64,000 nt of DNA from Hyphomicrobiaceae bacterium. GTDB lineage: Bacteria > Pseudomonadota > Alphaproteobacteria > Rhizobiales > Hyphomicrobiaceae. Position numbers and translations under genes: made by a program. Position 1 is the first letter of the stretch. Every line of letters starts with the position of its first letter. Shown here piece by piece: positions 1 to 10,316 of this stretch. A model generated the notes under the pieces. That model was not told where the DNA came from and ran no database searches. It worked only from the letters and a program-made list of their open reading frames with translations. The stretch spans positions 78 to 64,077 of the forward strand of contig DATFXD010000160.1 in NCBI GenBank assembly GCA_035258605.1, read 5' to 3'.

Positions 1-651
1 GCCCGCGACCTGAGCCAGGCGCTCGAGGTGTCGGAGCGGACCATCTACCGCGATATCCAAGACCTGATCGTCAGCGGCGTTCCGATCGAGGGCGAGGCCG
101 GGGTCGGCTACGTGCTCAAGGCCGGGTTCGACCTGCCGCCGCTGATGTTCAACGAGCAGGAGATCGAAGCCCTCGTGCTCGGCGCGCGCATCGTGCAGTC
201 GTGGGCCGACGAAAAGCTGGCGGCCGCGGCCACCGACGTGATCGCCAAGGTCGAGGCGGTGATCCCGGAGCGCCTGCGCGACTACATGGCCAATACCGCG
301 CTGTTGGCACCACCTCACCACTACATGGAGCAGATCACCTTCGATGTCGCCGAGCTGCGGCGCGCCTTGCGCAGCCAGCTCAAGTTGCACTTTCGCTACC
401 GCGATGGCTTCGGCGATCCCTCCGAGCGCACCGTGCGGCCGCTGTGTCTCGCCTACTTCGGTCCGGTGTGGCTGCTGTCGGCCTGGTGCGAGCTGCGCGA
501 CGACTTCCGTACCTTCCGGCTCGATCGCATCGATGGCTTCCAGGTGCAGCCGGACCGCTTCCGGGCCGAGGCCGGCAAGACCCTGCATGATTTTTTGAAG
601 CGCGACCAAACCTGGACCCGCGGTCGCATGCCGGCGGCGGCGGAGACCTGA
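1..651 (+). CDS. YafY-family transcriptional regulator (HTH + WYL domain), 5' end cut by window edge
   Basis: Frame 1 is open from nt 1 (ARDLSQALEVSERTIYRDIQDL = DeoR/YafY-type HTH). A WYL-like core follows (LHFRYRDGFGDPSERTVRPLCLAYFGPVWLLSAWCELRDDFRTFRLDRI). Stop TGA at 649-651. Confidence 0.8.
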   Translation, partial: ARDLSQALEVSERTIYRDIQDLIVSGVPIEGEAGVGYVLKAGFDLPPLMFNEQEIEALVLGARIVQSWADEKLAAAATDVIAKVEAVIPERLRDYMANTALLAPPHHYMEQITFDVAELRRALRSQLKLHFRYRDGFGDPSERTVRPLCLAYFGPVWLLSAWCELRDDFRTFRLDRIDGFQVQPDRFRAEAGKTLHDFLKRDQTWTRGRMPAAAET

Positions 652-861
652 CCGGCGATGCCCGTTGTTGCTGACAACCACCGGCTCAACCTTCGCCCCC
701 GGCGCAAGGCCTCAGCTGAGGCCGCGCCTGCCGGGGGATAGGCTGGGGGTTACCTGTGGATGACTTGGTGGAATAGGAGTTGTGGAAGTTGGCGCGGGAA
801 TAGAGGAGGCAGGCAACCGTTGTTGCATCGACCGGCTCACTCCCGCACCGAGCCGATCAAG

Positions 862-901
862 AAAAAGGGCGCCGCATCCGCACCCGGCGCCCTATTTTTT
901 T
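862..901. terminator. Bidirectional rho-independent terminator between convergent genes
   Basis: 8-bp GC stem GGGCGCCG (867-874) / CGGCGCCC (885-892) with a 10-nt loop. An A-run (862-866) lies on one side and TATTTTTTT (893-901) on the other. Confidence 0.6.
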
Positions 902-1034
902 GTCCTGGCGGTCACGGCTCACGCCCAAGCGGACCCCGCCAATGCCGGCGACAACACCGACATCACCCCGGCGCCAGCCCCAGTCTCCTCGTTGAGCCGA
1001 TGGGTATCTGCCCCGCTTCTGAAACGCTGATCCT

Positions 1035-2087
1035 TCAGGCCGGGAACTGGGCCGCGGGGGTCGAGCGCGAGATCTCCAGCTCTTCCGGCGTCATGTCGGC
1101 GGGCACATTGGCAAACAGCGGCGTCGACAGATAGCGTTCGCCGGTGTCTGGCAGCATGGCAAGAATGGTCGACCCCTTGGGCGCCTCGGCGGCGATCCGC
1201 AGGGCGCCGGCGAAGGTGGCACCCGAGGTGATGCCGACGAAGATCCCCTCTTTGGTTGCCAGCTCGTTGCTCATGCGGATGGCTTCGGCGCCGGGCACCG
1301 GAATCAGTTTGTGGATGACTTTGAGAGCCACCGCGTCAGCGGTGATCTTCGGAATAAAGTCCGGCGTCCAGCCTTGCATCGGATGCGGCTTGAACGCGGG
1401 ATGCGCGGCCGCCGGCGAGCCGTCGGGATGGCGTGCCTGCTCGGCGCCGCTGCCGATCAGCTGCGCGTCTTCCGGCTCGCAGACGATGATCTTGGTGTCG
1501 GGCCGCTCGTTGGCAAGCACGCGCGCCACGCCCTTGAGCGTGCCGCCGGTGCCGTAGCCGGTGACCCAATAGTCGAGGCGCTCGCCGGCGAAGTCATCGA
1601 CGATTTCGCGGGCGGTGGTGCGCGAGTGGAAGTCGGGATTGGCTTCGTTCTCGAACTGCCGGGTCAGGAACCAGCCGTGCGTGTTGGCGAGTTCGATCGC
1701 CTTGACCACCATGCCCATGCCGCGTTGGGCCTGCGGCGTCAGCACCACCTTGGCGCCCAGGAACCGCATCAACCGGCGGCGCTCGACGCTGAACTGCTCC
1801 GCCATGGTCACCACCAGCGGGTAGTTCTTCTGCGCACAGACCATCGCCAGGCCGATGCCGGTATTGCCGCTGGTGGCTTCGATCACGGTCTGCCCGGGCT
1901 TGAGCTCGCCCGACTTCTCGGCCGCTTCGATGACACCCAGCGCCAACCGATCCTTGACCGAGCCCAGCGGATTGAAGGCTTCGATCTTGACGTAGAGGTT
2001 GATGCCCGGCGGTGCGAGACGATTGATCTTGACGACCGGCGTATTGCCGACGGTTGCAAGAATATTCTCATATCTGCGGCCCATCAT
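1035..2087 (-). CDS. cysK: Cysteine synthase A (O-acetylserine sulfhydrylase, PLP-dependent)
   Basis: Carries NPLGSVKDR (PLP lysine), TSGNTGIGLA and GITSGA motifs over the full length. The ORF opens at 2174, but in-frame ATGs at 2096/2087/2084 fit the conserved N-terminus (MMGRRYENIL), and a GGAG precedes 2087. Confidence 0.85.
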   Translation of the reverse strand: MMGRRYENILATVGNTPVVKINRLAPPGINLYVKIEAFNPLGSVKDRLALGVIEAAEKSGELKPGQTVIEATSGNTGIGLAMVCAQKNYPLVVTMAEQFSVERRRLMRFLGAKVVLTPQAQRGMGMVVKAIELANTHGWFLTRQFENEANPDFHSRTTAREIVDDFAGERLDYWVTGYGTGGTLKGVARVLANERPDTKIIVCEPEDAQLIGSGAEQARHPDGSPAAAHPAFKPHPMQGWTPDFIPKITADAVALKVIHKLIPVPGAEAIRMSNELATKEGIFVGITSGATFAGALRIAAEAPKGSTILAMLPDTGERYLSTPLFANVPADMTPEELEISRSTPAAQFPA

Positions 2088-2204
2088 CGTCTCCATTCGC
2101 TCGCACCAAGCGCACCGGCGCGCCCAATACTCCTGCTCCCCGCGCAATTTGACGCAGCTCGGGCGCCGGGACAACCTCTTATGCCCAACACCCCCTGGCT
2201 TTCT

Positions 2205-3200
2205 TCAAATTCGGCGCAGCGCCACGTCCTCGATGATGTGGTTGGCACTCTTGCGCAAGATCAAGCGCGCGCGCTGCCGCGTCGGCAGAATATTCTCTGC
2301 CAGATTTTTCTCGTTGATGGTGCGCCAGATGTCGAGCGCCTGCGCCCGAGCCTGGTCCGGGGTGAGGTGGGCGTAGCGGTGAAAGTACGCCGCCGGATCG
2401 CGAAACGCCGTCTGCCGCAGGCGCATGAAGCGCGTCACATACCATTCCTCGATCACCTTGGCGGCGGCGTCGATATAGATCGAAAAGTTGAAGAAATCGG
2501 ACACGAACGGAATCGCCTCGCCATCCTTGGGCATGCGCGCCGGCTGCAGCACGTTGAGGCCTTCGACGATCAGGATGTCGGGCCGATCGACCAGCAAGGT
2601 TTGGCTGGGAAGGATGTCGTAGTGGAAGTGCGAGTAGACCGGCGCTTCCACCCGCTCCTTGCCCGACTTCACCTCGTTGAGAAAATTCAACAGCCTTGCC
2701 GTGTCGAAGCTCTCGGGAAACCCCTTGCGGTGCATGATGCCGCGCCGGTTCAGCTCCTCGTTGGGATGCAGGAACCCGTCGGTGGTGATGAGGTCGACAC
2801 GGGGGTGATCGGGCCAGCGCGCCAGCAGCGCCTTCAGCACGCGCGCGGTGGTGCTCTTGCCGACCGCAACCGAGCCGGCGATGCCCAGAATGTAGGGCAC
2901 GCGATGATCTTTGCGGCCCAGGAAGCGATTGGTGACGGCGTGCAGCTCCTGCGCCGCGGCGACGTGGAGATTGAGCAGCCGCGACAACGGCAGATAGATC
3001 TTCTCCACCTCCAGCATCGACAGATCTTCGATCAGGCCCGACAGCTGCTCGAGCTCGCGCGGCACCAGGGTCATCGGCGTGTCGGCGCGCAGTTTCGCCC
3101 ATTCATCGCGGGTGAACACCCGGTAGGGCGAAAAACGGATCGGCGACCGCGGCCCGGCCGCGGCCTGATCCCGTTGCAGCGGATCGTTGGCGGCGGTCAT
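2205..3200 (-). CDS. coaA: Type I pantothenate kinase
   Basis: P-loop [17 protein letters not shown] and the conserved ITTDGFL / [10 protein letters not shown] blocks. The ATG at 3200 overlaps the hisE stop (ATGA at 3197-3200). The longer ORF to 3299 would overlap hisE. Confidence 0.9.
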   Translation of the reverse strand: MTAANDPLQRDQAAAGPRSPIRFSPYRVFTRDEWAKLRADTPMTLVPRELEQLSGLIEDLSMLEVEKIYLPLSRLLNLHVAAAQELHAVTNRFLGRKDHRVPYILGIAGSVAVGKSTTARVLKALLARWPDHPRVDLITTDGFLHPNEELNRRGIMHRKGFPESFDTARLLNFLNEVKSGKERVEAPVYSHFHYDILPSQTLLVDRPDILIVEGLNVLQPARMPKDGEAIPFVSDFFNFSIYIDAAAKVIEEWYVTRFMRLRQTAFRDPAAYFHRYAHLTPDQARAQALDIWRTINEKNLAENILPTRQRARLILRKSANHIIEDVALRRI

Positions 3201-3541
3201 GAGGGTGCGCCGCGCCTGGCCGCCTTTTCGGCGAGACCGGAGGTGCCCATGCGGCCGCCAAGTTCGGCCAGCACCTCGCTCAAGGCGACCTGCCGGCATT
3301 CCAATAGCACCAACAGATGATAGAGGAGATCGGCGGCCTCGCGGCGCAGTGCCTGCCGGTCGCTGCCCAGAGCGGCGATAATGGTTTCCGTGCTTTCCTC
3401 ACCGAATTTCTTGGCGCAGCGCTCGATGCCGGCATCGAGCAATTCCTTGGTATAGGAGGAACCGGTCGGCGCCGCGCGGCGCGCGGCGATCAGCGCCGCC
3501 AGGCGCGCCAGGACATCATCGACCTCGGGGGCTTGAGGCAT
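3197..3541 (-). CDS. hisE: Phosphoribosyl-ATP pyrophosphatase
   Basis: 114 aa with [17 protein letters not shown] and [13 protein letters not shown], typical of HisE/MazG-like proteins. Confidence 0.85.
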   Translation of the reverse strand: MPQAPEVDDVLARLAALIAARRAAPTGSSYTKELLDAGIERCAKKFGEESTETIIAALGSDRQALRREAADLLYHLLVLLECRQVALSEVLAELGGRMGTSGLAEKAARRGAPS

Positions 3542-3693
3542 CTGCGGCTGACCACGGCTATCCCGGATGCTGCGTCGCCCACTCCAAACTACGATGCCAC
3601 CCGGCCGTCAAGGGCAGTATCACCCTGGGGCGGCGCTGGGCTGCACCTCCGGCCACCTCGGCCGGCTTCTTGGGGGGCCAAGGTGCCGGCCCG

Positions 3694-4602
3694 TCAGCCC
3701 ACCAGCCGGCTGCGGATAAAGTCGAGCTGATCAAAGTTGCCGTAGCGGATCAGCAAGGTGCCGCTCTCGCCGGAACCGGGCTTGATCTCAACCTTAAGGC
3801 CCAGCACGTCGGCCAGATCCTTCTCAAAGGCGCGGGTGTCGGGGTCTTTTTGGGGGCCACGCCGGCCGGCGCGGCCGCCCTCGCCAGCCTTGCCTTCGCT
3901 CTGTACCAGCGCTTCGACCGCGCGCACATTGAGCTCCTGGGCGACGATGCGCTGCGCCAAGGTTTCGGCATCGTCGCGACCAACCAGCGCCCGGGCATGG
4001 CCGGCCGTGAGCGAGCCATCCGCCACCAGGGCGCGCACCGGTGCCGGCAATTTCAAGAGCCGCAAGGTATTGGCGATATGGCTGCGGCTCTTGCCGATGA
4101 CGTCGGCAAGCTGTTCTTGCGTATAGCCGAAGCGCTCGGTCAACTCGTTATAGCCGGTCGCCTCCTCGATAGCGTTGAGGTCGGCGCGCTGCACGTTCTC
4201 GATGATGGCGACCTCGAGCAATTCCTGATCGCTCAGATCGCGGACAATGACCGGTATCTGGTGGATGCCGGCGCGCTGCGCCGCCCGCCAGCGCCGTTCG
4301 CCGGCGACGATTTCGTAGCCGCCGCGGTCGGCGTCGGGGCGGGCGATGATCGGCTGCAGCAAACCCCTGGTGCGGATCGACTCGGCGAGCTCGGCCAGCT
4401 CCGTGTCGTCGAAGTCGCGGCGGGGATTGAGCTGGCTGCGATGCAATTGGTCGATGCCCAACAGCCGCTGCTCGCCCTCGGCGGGCACGCGCGGCTCGCC
4501 CGGCGGTGCCTCTCCGATCAAAGAGGCAAGGCCGCGGCCAAGCCGGCCTTTGTGCAGGGGTATCGGCATCGAGGGTCCCCAGTTCTTAAGGGTGTCGGAC
4601 AC
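3694..4602 (-). CDS. parB: Chromosome partitioning protein ParB
   Basis: GRGLASLIG N-terminal box, the ParB box GERRWRAAQRAG, and HTH region QEQLADVIGKSRSHIANTLRLLKLP. 4602 is a GTG; an alternative ATG lies at 4569. Confidence 0.9.
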   Translation of the reverse strand: MSDTLKNWGPSMPIPLHKGRLGRGLASLIGEAPPGEPRVPAEGEQRLLGIDQLHRSQLNPRRDFDDTELAELAESIRTRGLLQPIIARPDADRGGYEIVAGERRWRAAQRAGIHQIPVIVRDLSDQELLEVAIIENVQRADLNAIEEATGYNELTERFGYTQEQLADVIGKSRSHIANTLRLLKLPAPVRALVADGSLTAGHARALVGRDDAETLAQRIVAQELNVRAVEALVQSEGKAGEGGRAGRRGPQKDPDTRAFEKDLADVLGLKVEIKPGSGESGTLLIRYGNFDQLDFIRSRLVG

Positions 4603-4663
4603 AGACGATCTCGCGGATGTGGCGGTTGCGATGGGTCGAGGGGATCATGGTCGAGACCCAAGA

Positions 4664-5497
4664 TTAAGCCGCGCGCAGGCGCTGTTCCCGCTCGATGATC
4701 TCGGTGGCAAGGCGGATGTAGGCCTGGCTGCCCGGGCATTCATAGTCATAGAGCAGGATCGGCTTGCCAAACGACGGCGCCTCGGCCACGCGCACATTGC
4801 GCGGGATCATGGTCTCATAGACCTTGGGGCCGAAGAAGGCCCGCACCTCCGTTGCCACCTCCTTGGACAGCGAGGTGCGCGCATCGTGCATGGTGAGAAC
4901 GACCCCTTGGATCTCCAGACCAGGGTTGAGCGTCGTTTTGATCTGATCGATCGTGTCCTTGAGCTGCGAAATGCCTTCCAGGGCGAAGAACTCGCACTGC
5001 ACCGGCACCAGCACGGCATGCGCCGCCACCATGGCGTTGAGCGTCAGCAGGTTGAGCGAGGGCGGGCAGTCGATCAAAAGATACTGGTAGGGCACGTCGG
5101 CGGGTCGCGCGCGCTGCTCTGCCATCAGCGCCACGACCGCGTCGCGGAGGCGAAACGGACGGTTGTGTTCGCTCATCATTTCGGATTCGAGGCCGACCAG
5201 GTCGGAATTGGCCGGCACAATACTCAAGTTCGGCACCAAGGTGGGCATGGCGACGGCGGCAATGGCCGAATGGCCGCTCAGCACATTGAACGTCGTCAGT
5301 TGCCGCGCGTCCTCAGCGATCCCCACCCCGGTCGATGCATTACCCTGCGGATCGAGATCGAGAATGAGGACCTTCTGGCCCACGGCGGCAAGCGCGGTGC
5401 CAAGGTTGATGGCGGTGGTGGTCTTGCCCACGCCACCCTTTTGATTGGCGATGGCAAGGACGCGAAGCCCACCGGCTCCGGGAAGCATGCCAGTCAC
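4664..5497 (-). CDS. parA: Chromosome partitioning ATPase ParA/Soj
   Basis: Deviant Walker A NQKGGVGKTTTAINLG and LDLDPQGNAS. GTG at 5497 overlaps the rsmG stop (GTGA); an alternative ATG lies at 5488. Confidence 0.9.
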   Translation of the reverse strand: MTGMLPGAGGLRVLAIANQKGGVGKTTTAINLGTALAAVGQKVLILDLDPQGNASTGVGIAEDARQLTTFNVLSGHSAIAAVAMPTLVPNLSIVPANSDLVGLESEMMSEHNRPFRLRDAVVALMAEQRARPADVPYQYLLIDCPPSLNLLTLNAMVAAHAVLVPVQCEFFALEGISQLKDTIDQIKTTLNPGLEIQGVVLTMHDARTSLSKEVATEVRAFFGPKVYETMIPRNVRVAEAPSFGKPILLYDYECPGSQAYIRLATEIIEREQRLRAA

Positions 5498-6243
5498 GAG
5501 CGGGGCTCCTTCCTGTTGGGCTCAAGCGCGCTGACCCGGACGATGTGCGCCTTGGGGTCGGTGCAGCTTCGAATCAGCTCGCTGTTGAAAATCCACACCT
5601 TGCGGGCCGCCTCGACCTCTCTCACGGCCTCCCGACCCTTCAAGAACAAGCCAATGCTACGCTTGGAGAAGAAGGGGGCGGCAAGGCCCAGGAGCTTGTC
5701 GAGGGGCGCCAGTGCACGCGCCGTTACCACGTCCGGCCGCGGCACCGTAGCGTGAGTCGCCGCCAATTCGATTCTTGTCGACAGGATATCCACAGCGATA
5801 CCCGCGTGCCGGGCGACCTCGCGCAGGAAGGCGGCCTTACGGGCATCGCTTTCGATCAGCGTGACCGGCGGCGGCGACATGGCCTTCGCCGGCGGCCCGC
5901 CGGCGGCCGAGGCGCCGCGCCGATCTTGTCGGTCCCTGCCATCGGCCAACAGAATGGCGATCACCAGCCCGGGAAAGCCGCCGCCCGAGCCCAGATCGAG
6001 CCAGGTGTGGGCGTCGGTCGGGGCAAGGGAGAGCAGCTGGGCCGAATCGGCAAAATGACGCTGCCATACCTGCGCCAAGGTGCCGTTGGCGACCAGGTTG
6101 ACGGCCGGTTGCCATTGCCGCAGTACGCGTTCGTAGCGCTCGAGCCGCGCCAAGGTTTCCGGGGAAACCGCAAACCGCGCCGCAAACGCGGCTGGACCGG
6201 TGCAGGCCCCCGCTGGCATCGCGGATTCGGAGACACTGGGCAT
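5494..6243 (-). CDS. rsmG: 16S rRNA (guanine527-N7)-methyltransferase RsmG/GidB
   Basis: SAM motif LDLGSGGGFPGLV plus the classic position between mnmG and parA. Start is either ATG 6243 or GTG 6261. Confidence 0.8.
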   Translation of the reverse strand: MPSVSESAMPAGACTGPAAFAARFAVSPETLARLERYERVLRQWQPAVNLVANGTLAQVWQRHFADSAQLLSLAPTDAHTWLDLGSGGGFPGLVIAILLADGRDRQDRRGASAAGGPPAKAMSPPPVTLIESDARKAAFLREVARHAGIAVDILSTRIELAATHATVPRPDVVTARALAPLDKLLGLAAPFFSKRSIGLFLKGREAVREVEAARKVWIFNSELIRSCTDPKAHIVRVSALEPNRKEPRS

Positions 6244-6281
6244 GTCCTCGCAATAGCGCACTTGCGGGGCTCGCGTCCCCC

Positions 6282-6297
6282 TGTTTCACGTGAAACA
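6282..6297. promoter_or_regulatory. parS centromere-like site (perfect consensus)
   Basis: TGTTTCACGTGAAACA matches the parS consensus exactly. It sits inside a 20-bp perfect palindrome (6280-6299) in the mnmG-rsmG intergenic region. Confidence 0.85.
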
Positions 6298-6411
6298 GGC
6301 GCCAATGGCCTAATTGGCGCCGCCCCCCGGCAACGCTCAGGGTGCAAGGGGGTGCGCCCATAGTCATGGGGGCATCGAGCGGACCATTGGGGTGTGCAAG
6401 CCAGGTGGCGG

Positions 6412-8328
6412 CTAGCCCGCCGGCGCGTCGCTGCGCCGGTCCGGGGCCCGCTTCACGCGCGCCAGCAACAACAGCAGCGCGGCCGGCGTGATCCCCTCCA
6501 GACGGCTGGCCTGGGCCAAGGTCACGGGTCGGACGCGGTCCAGCCGCTGGCGGACCTCGGTCGACAGTCCCGCAATGCTGGCATAGTCGAGGTCGCCAGG
6601 GATCCGGATCGCCTCCTCCTTGCGCAGCACGGCCACGTCGGCCTCCTGCTGGGCAAGATAGACGGCATAGCGGGCATCGACCTCAAGGTGCGCGGCGGCC
6701 CAGGCCGGCACCGCCGCAAGCTGCGGCCAGATGCCGGCAAGACGTGCCAGGGTCACGTCCGGGTGCGCCAACAGCTCCAGCGCCGTGCGGCGCCGACCAT
6801 CCTTGTTGATATCGAGACCATGGCGAGCCGCCGCGTTGGGCGTGAGGTTGAGCGCCAACAGGCGCCGGCGCACGTCGTCAAGCAGCTGCCACTTGTCGGC
6901 AAAGGCCCGCGCTCGGGTCGCCCCGACGCAGCCAAGTCCGATCCCGGTCGGGGTCAGACGGTGATCGGCGTTGTCGGCCCGCAGCCGCAGGCGATACTCG
7001 GCCCGGGAGGTAAAGATGCGATAGGGCTCTGACACGCCGCGGCTCACCAGGTCGTCGATCATAACCCCCAGGTAGGCGTCGGCCCGCGAGACGATGAACT
7101 CCCGGCCGCCGCCCGCGGCACGCAGGGCCGCATTGAGGCCGGCGACGATGCCCTGGCCCGCCGCCTCCTCATAACCGGTGGTGCCGTTGATCTGACCGGC
7201 AAGGAACAGGCCCGCAAGCCGCTTGACCTCCAAGGTCGGCAGCAGCTCGCGCGGATCGACGTAGTCATACTCGATGGCATAGCCGAAGCGCTTGACCACG
7301 ACCCGGGCCAGACCTGGAATGGTGCGCAGGAAGGCCTCCTGCACGTCGACCGGCAACGAGGTGGAAATGCCGTTGGGGTAGATGGTGTCATCGTCGACAC
7401 CTTCCGGCTCCAGAAAGATCTGGTGGCTCGAACGGTCGGCAAAGCGCACCACCTTGTCCTCGATCGAGGGGCAGTAGCGAGGGCCGATGCTGGCAATCTG
7501 TCCGGCATAGAGGGGCGCCCGGTCGAGATTGGCACGGATGATGGCATGGGTGGCGGGTGACGTTGCGGTGATGGCGCAGCACACCTGGGGCGTGCTGATG
7601 CGCGCCGTCAAAAACGACAGGGGTACCGGCGGATCATCGCCCGCCTGCACGTCGAGACCGGCCCAATCGATCGACTGGCGTGCGAGCCGGGCGGGTGTTC
7701 CGGTCTTGAGCCGCCCCAGGCGCAACGTGAGCGCCGATAGCCGTCGGGAGAGCGCGTTGGCCGGCGCCTCGCCGTAGCGCCCGGCCGGGGTCTGCCGCTC
7801 GCCCTGATGGATCAGGCCGCGCAGAAACGTACCGGTGGTGAGCACCGCGGCACCCGCCGCAAGGCTGCGGCCATCGGCCAACACCACGCCGGCGAGCCGC
7901 TCGCCGCCCAGGGCGGGGTGCACCAGCAGATCGTCAACCGCGGCCTCGATCACCTCCAGGTTGGGGGTGGCGGCGATCGCGGCCTGCATGGCACGCCGGT
8001 AAAGGCCACGGTCAGCCTGGGCGCGCGGGCCTTGCACCGCTGGCCCCTTGGAGCGGTTGAGCAGCCTGAATTGGATGCCGGCCGCATCGCCAACCCGGCC
8101 GATCAGGCCATCGAGGGCATCGATCTCGCGCACCAGGTGGCCCTTGCCCAGGCCGCCGATTGCCGGATTGCACGACATTTCGCCGATGGTGGCGGCGCGG
8201 TGGGTGACGAGCGCGGTGCGCGCGCCCAGCCGCGCGGCCGCCGCCGCGGCCTCGCAGCCGGCATGACCGCCGCCGACCACGATGACGTCATAGCTCGAAG
8301 CTTTCATGGCCTGACCGGTGGCGCGCAT
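6412..8328 (-). CDS. mnmG: tRNA uridine 5-carboxymethylaminomethyl modification enzyme MnmG/GidA
   Basis: FAD motif [16 protein letters not shown] with conserved blocks throughout about 630 aa. ATG 8307 ([11 protein letters not shown]) is an equally plausible start. Confidence 0.92.
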   Translation of the reverse strand: MRATGQAMKASSYDVIVVGGGHAGCEAAAAAARLGARTALVTHRAATIGEMSCNPAIGGLGKGHLVREIDALDGLIGRVGDAAGIQFRLLNRSKGPAVQGPRAQADRGLYRRAMQAAIAATPNLEVIEAAVDDLLVHPALGGERLAGVVLADGRSLAAGAAVLTTGTFLRGLIHQGERQTPAGRYGEAPANALSRRLSALTLRLGRLKTGTPARLARQSIDWAGLDVQAGDDPPVPLSFLTARISTPQVCCAITATSPATHAIIRANLDRAPLYAGQIASIGPRYCPSIEDKVVRFADRSSHQIFLEPEGVDDDTIYPNGISTSLPVDVQEAFLRTIPGLARVVVKRFGYAIEYDYVDPRELLPTLEVKRLAGLFLAGQINGTTGYEEAAGQGIVAGLNAALRAAGGGREFIVSRADAYLGVMIDDLVSRGVSEPYRIFTSRAEYRLRLRADNADHRLTPTGIGLGCVGATRARAFADKWQLLDDVRRRLLALNLTPNAAARHGLDINKDGRRRTALELLAHPDVTLARLAGIWPQLAAVPAWAAAHLEVDARYAVYLAQQEADVAVLRKEEAIRIPGDLDYASIAGLSTEVRQRLDRVRPVTLAQASRLEGITPAALLLLLARVKRAPDRRSDAPAG

Positions 8329-8431
8329 CGGCGCGCAACCTACTGGAGGCCGCAGCGGGGGTCAAAGCCTGACAGCCGCCCTGGCATGCGCCAAGCGTTG
8401 GCAGGCGCGAGGCGGCCTGCTCGCGCAGACG

Positions 8432-8447
8432 TGTTTCACGTGAAATG
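8432..8447. promoter_or_regulatory. parS-like site (14/16 match)
   Basis: TGTTTCACGTGAAATG. The core palindrome TTTCACGTGAAA is intact and only the last two positions differ from consensus. It lies in the mnmG / DUF427 divergent intergenic region. Confidence 0.6.
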
Positions 8448-8528
8448 CGCTGGCACTTTGTTGGGCAGCCACCATGGGCTACTGACCCCAAGGAAACGCA
8501 ACCCCTCAGTCCCGGAAGGACCCATGTG

Positions 8529-8810
8529 ATGCAGGCGAAATGGCAAAACGAGATCATTGCACAGAGCGATCAGACCGAAACGGTGGACGGCTACGTCTAT
8601 TTCCCGCGCGCGGCCGTGCGCATGGACCTGCTGCAGGTCACCGCAAAAACCGCCCACGACCAGCAATGTCCGCACGGCGTGCAGTTCTTTGATCTGGTGC
8701 ACGGCGATCGCCGCAGCCAGCGCGCCGCCTGGTCCTACGAGGCGCCGCAAGCGGCGATGCGCTCGGTCGATCACTGGATTGGCTTTTGGAAGGACGTCGA
8801 CGTGTCGTGA
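8529..8810 (+). CDS. DUF427 domain protein
   Basis: 93 aa reading MQAKWQNEIIAQSDQTETVDGYVYFP...AWSYEAP...IGFW, which matches the DUF427 pattern. ATG at 8529. Confidence 0.65.
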   Translation: MQAKWQNEIIAQSDQTETVDGYVYFPRAAVRMDLLQVTAKTAHDQQCPHGVQFFDLVHGDRRSQRAAWSYEAPQAAMRSVDHWIGFWKDVDVS

Positions 8811-8869
8811 TCGCTCGAGGGGTCGTGGCCCCAGCGCCAACCGGTGGCGACCGGCGGGTGGGAGCGCCG

Positions 8870-10228
8870 TCACTTGCCGATGCAGAAGCGCCCGAACACC
8901 TGGTCGAGCACCTCTTCCACGTCGATGGCACCGACCAGGCGGCCCAACGCCTGTGCGGCGCGGCGCAGGTCCTCTGCCCGCAGTTCGACCTCATCCTTGG
9001 GGCCGACCAGGAACGCGCTGAGCCCGGCCTCGCACGCCAACAGCTGCTGGCGGTGCCGGGCCTGCGTCAGCGCCGGCACAGTCTGGTCACCGACCCGCTC
9101 AGCGGCGATCCTGGTCAACCGATCGATCAGGGCTGACACGCCAAAGCCCGTCAGGGCGGAAATGGCCAAACCGCCCACTTCGCCCGGCACGCCATCGCCG
9201 GCGTGGTCAGTGGCAGGGACGAGGTCGCTCTTATTGAAGAGCACCAGCAGCCGGTCGGCGCCGAGGCCGAGCTCGGCCGGCGGCGGCGTTGCCTGCGGCG
9301 CGGCCGCGTCGACCAGCCACAGCACGAGATCGGCCGCCCGCATCCGCTCCATCGCCCGCTTGATCCCCACCGCCTCGACCTTGCCGGCGGCCGAGCGCAG
9401 CCCGGCGGTATCGCTCAGCACCACAGGGAGGCCCGCCAGCTCCAACTTCACTTCGATCACGTCGCGGGTGGTGCCGGGTTCCTCCGACACGATGGCAACA
9501 TCGCGCCGGGCGAGCGCGTTGAGCAGGCTCGACTTGCCAACATTGGGTGGGCCCGCCAGCACCACATGCATGCCATCGCGCACCAATTCGCCCCGGTGCC
9601 CATCTGCAAGATGGGCGCGCACCGCCGCAGCGATGGGAGCCGCCTCGGCGCACGCCCGCGCCACCGCATCGACCATCACGTCCGGCTCGTCGGCAAAATC
9701 GATGCCGGCTTCCATCAGCGCCATGGCCGCCAGTATGCCACCGCGCCAGCCGTTGTAGAGCTGATAGAGCGCCCCCTCGGTTTGGCGCAGGGCCTGCCGC
9801 CGCTGTGCCGCGGTTTCGGCATCGATCAGATCGGCCAGGCCCTCAACGGCGGTGAGGTCGAGTTTGCCGTTCTCAAAGGCACGCCGGGCAAATTCGCCGG
9901 GCTCGGCCAACCGGCAGCTGGGCATTTGCGCCAAGGCCGCGAACACGCCGCCAACCACCGCGCGCCCGCCATGCACGTGCAGTTCGGCCATGTCCTCGCC
10001 GGTTTCGCTGCCTGGGCCCGGGAACCACAGGAGCAGGGCGTGGTCCAACACCTCCCCTGTCGCGGGATGGCGCAGCCGGCGCAGCGCCGCAAACCGCGGC
10101 CGCGGCCGCGGTGGCGCCATGGCATCGAGCACGCCACCGGCCGCCGGGCCGCAGATGCGAATGACGGCGACCCCAGCACGGCCGTGGCCGCTCGACAGGG
10201 CAAAGATCGTGGGCTTTGCAATCTCCAT
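8870..10228 (-). CDS. mnmE: tRNA modification GTPase MnmE/TrmE
   Basis: N-terminus [22 protein letters not shown]-domain [14 protein letters not shown] / DTAGLR / NKSD, and C-terminal CIGK. ATG 10228 gives 452 aa; the upstream extension to 10435 has no homology-like content. Confidence 0.9.
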   Translation of the reverse strand: MEIAKPTIFALSSGHGRAGVAVIRICGPAAGGVLDAMAPPRPRPRFAALRRLRHPATGEVLDHALLLWFPGPGSETGEDMAELHVHGGRAVVGGVFAALAQMPSCRLAEPGEFARRAFENGKLDLTAVEGLADLIDAETAAQRRQALRQTEGALYQLYNGWRGGILAAMALMEAGIDFADEPDVMVDAVARACAEAAPIAAAVRAHLADGHRGELVRDGMHVVLAGPPNVGKSSLLNALARRDVAIVSEEPGTTRDVIEVKLELAGLPVVLSDTAGLRSAAGKVEAVGIKRAMERMRAADLVLWLVDAAAPQATPPPAELGLGADRLLVLFNKSDLVPATDHAGDGVPGEVGGLAISALTGFGVSALIDRLTRIAAERVGDQTVPALTQARHRQQLLACEAGLSAFLVGPKDEVELRAEDLRRAAQALGRLVGAIDVEEVLDQVFGRFCIGK

Positions 10229-10316
10229 TCCGGCGCCCGCCTTGGTGCGCTTTGCCTTCTTGAAGCGATCCGCCTCGGCTATGATCAGCGAGGCCACGCA
10301 CAGAAAGTCCCAATCG

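Noticed and set aside
1311-3320. 669-aa plus-strand ORF. Similar very long ORFs occur at 9873-11822 (-), 21209-22843 (-), 37876-39519 (-), 28862-30103 (-), 54579-56426 (-) and 16506-17621 (-).
   Set aside because: They lie antisense to or off-frame from genes with clear family signatures, and they translate to Arg/Ala/Gly/Pro-rich sequence without motifs. These are typical stop-codon-poor shadow ORFs of high-GC DNA.
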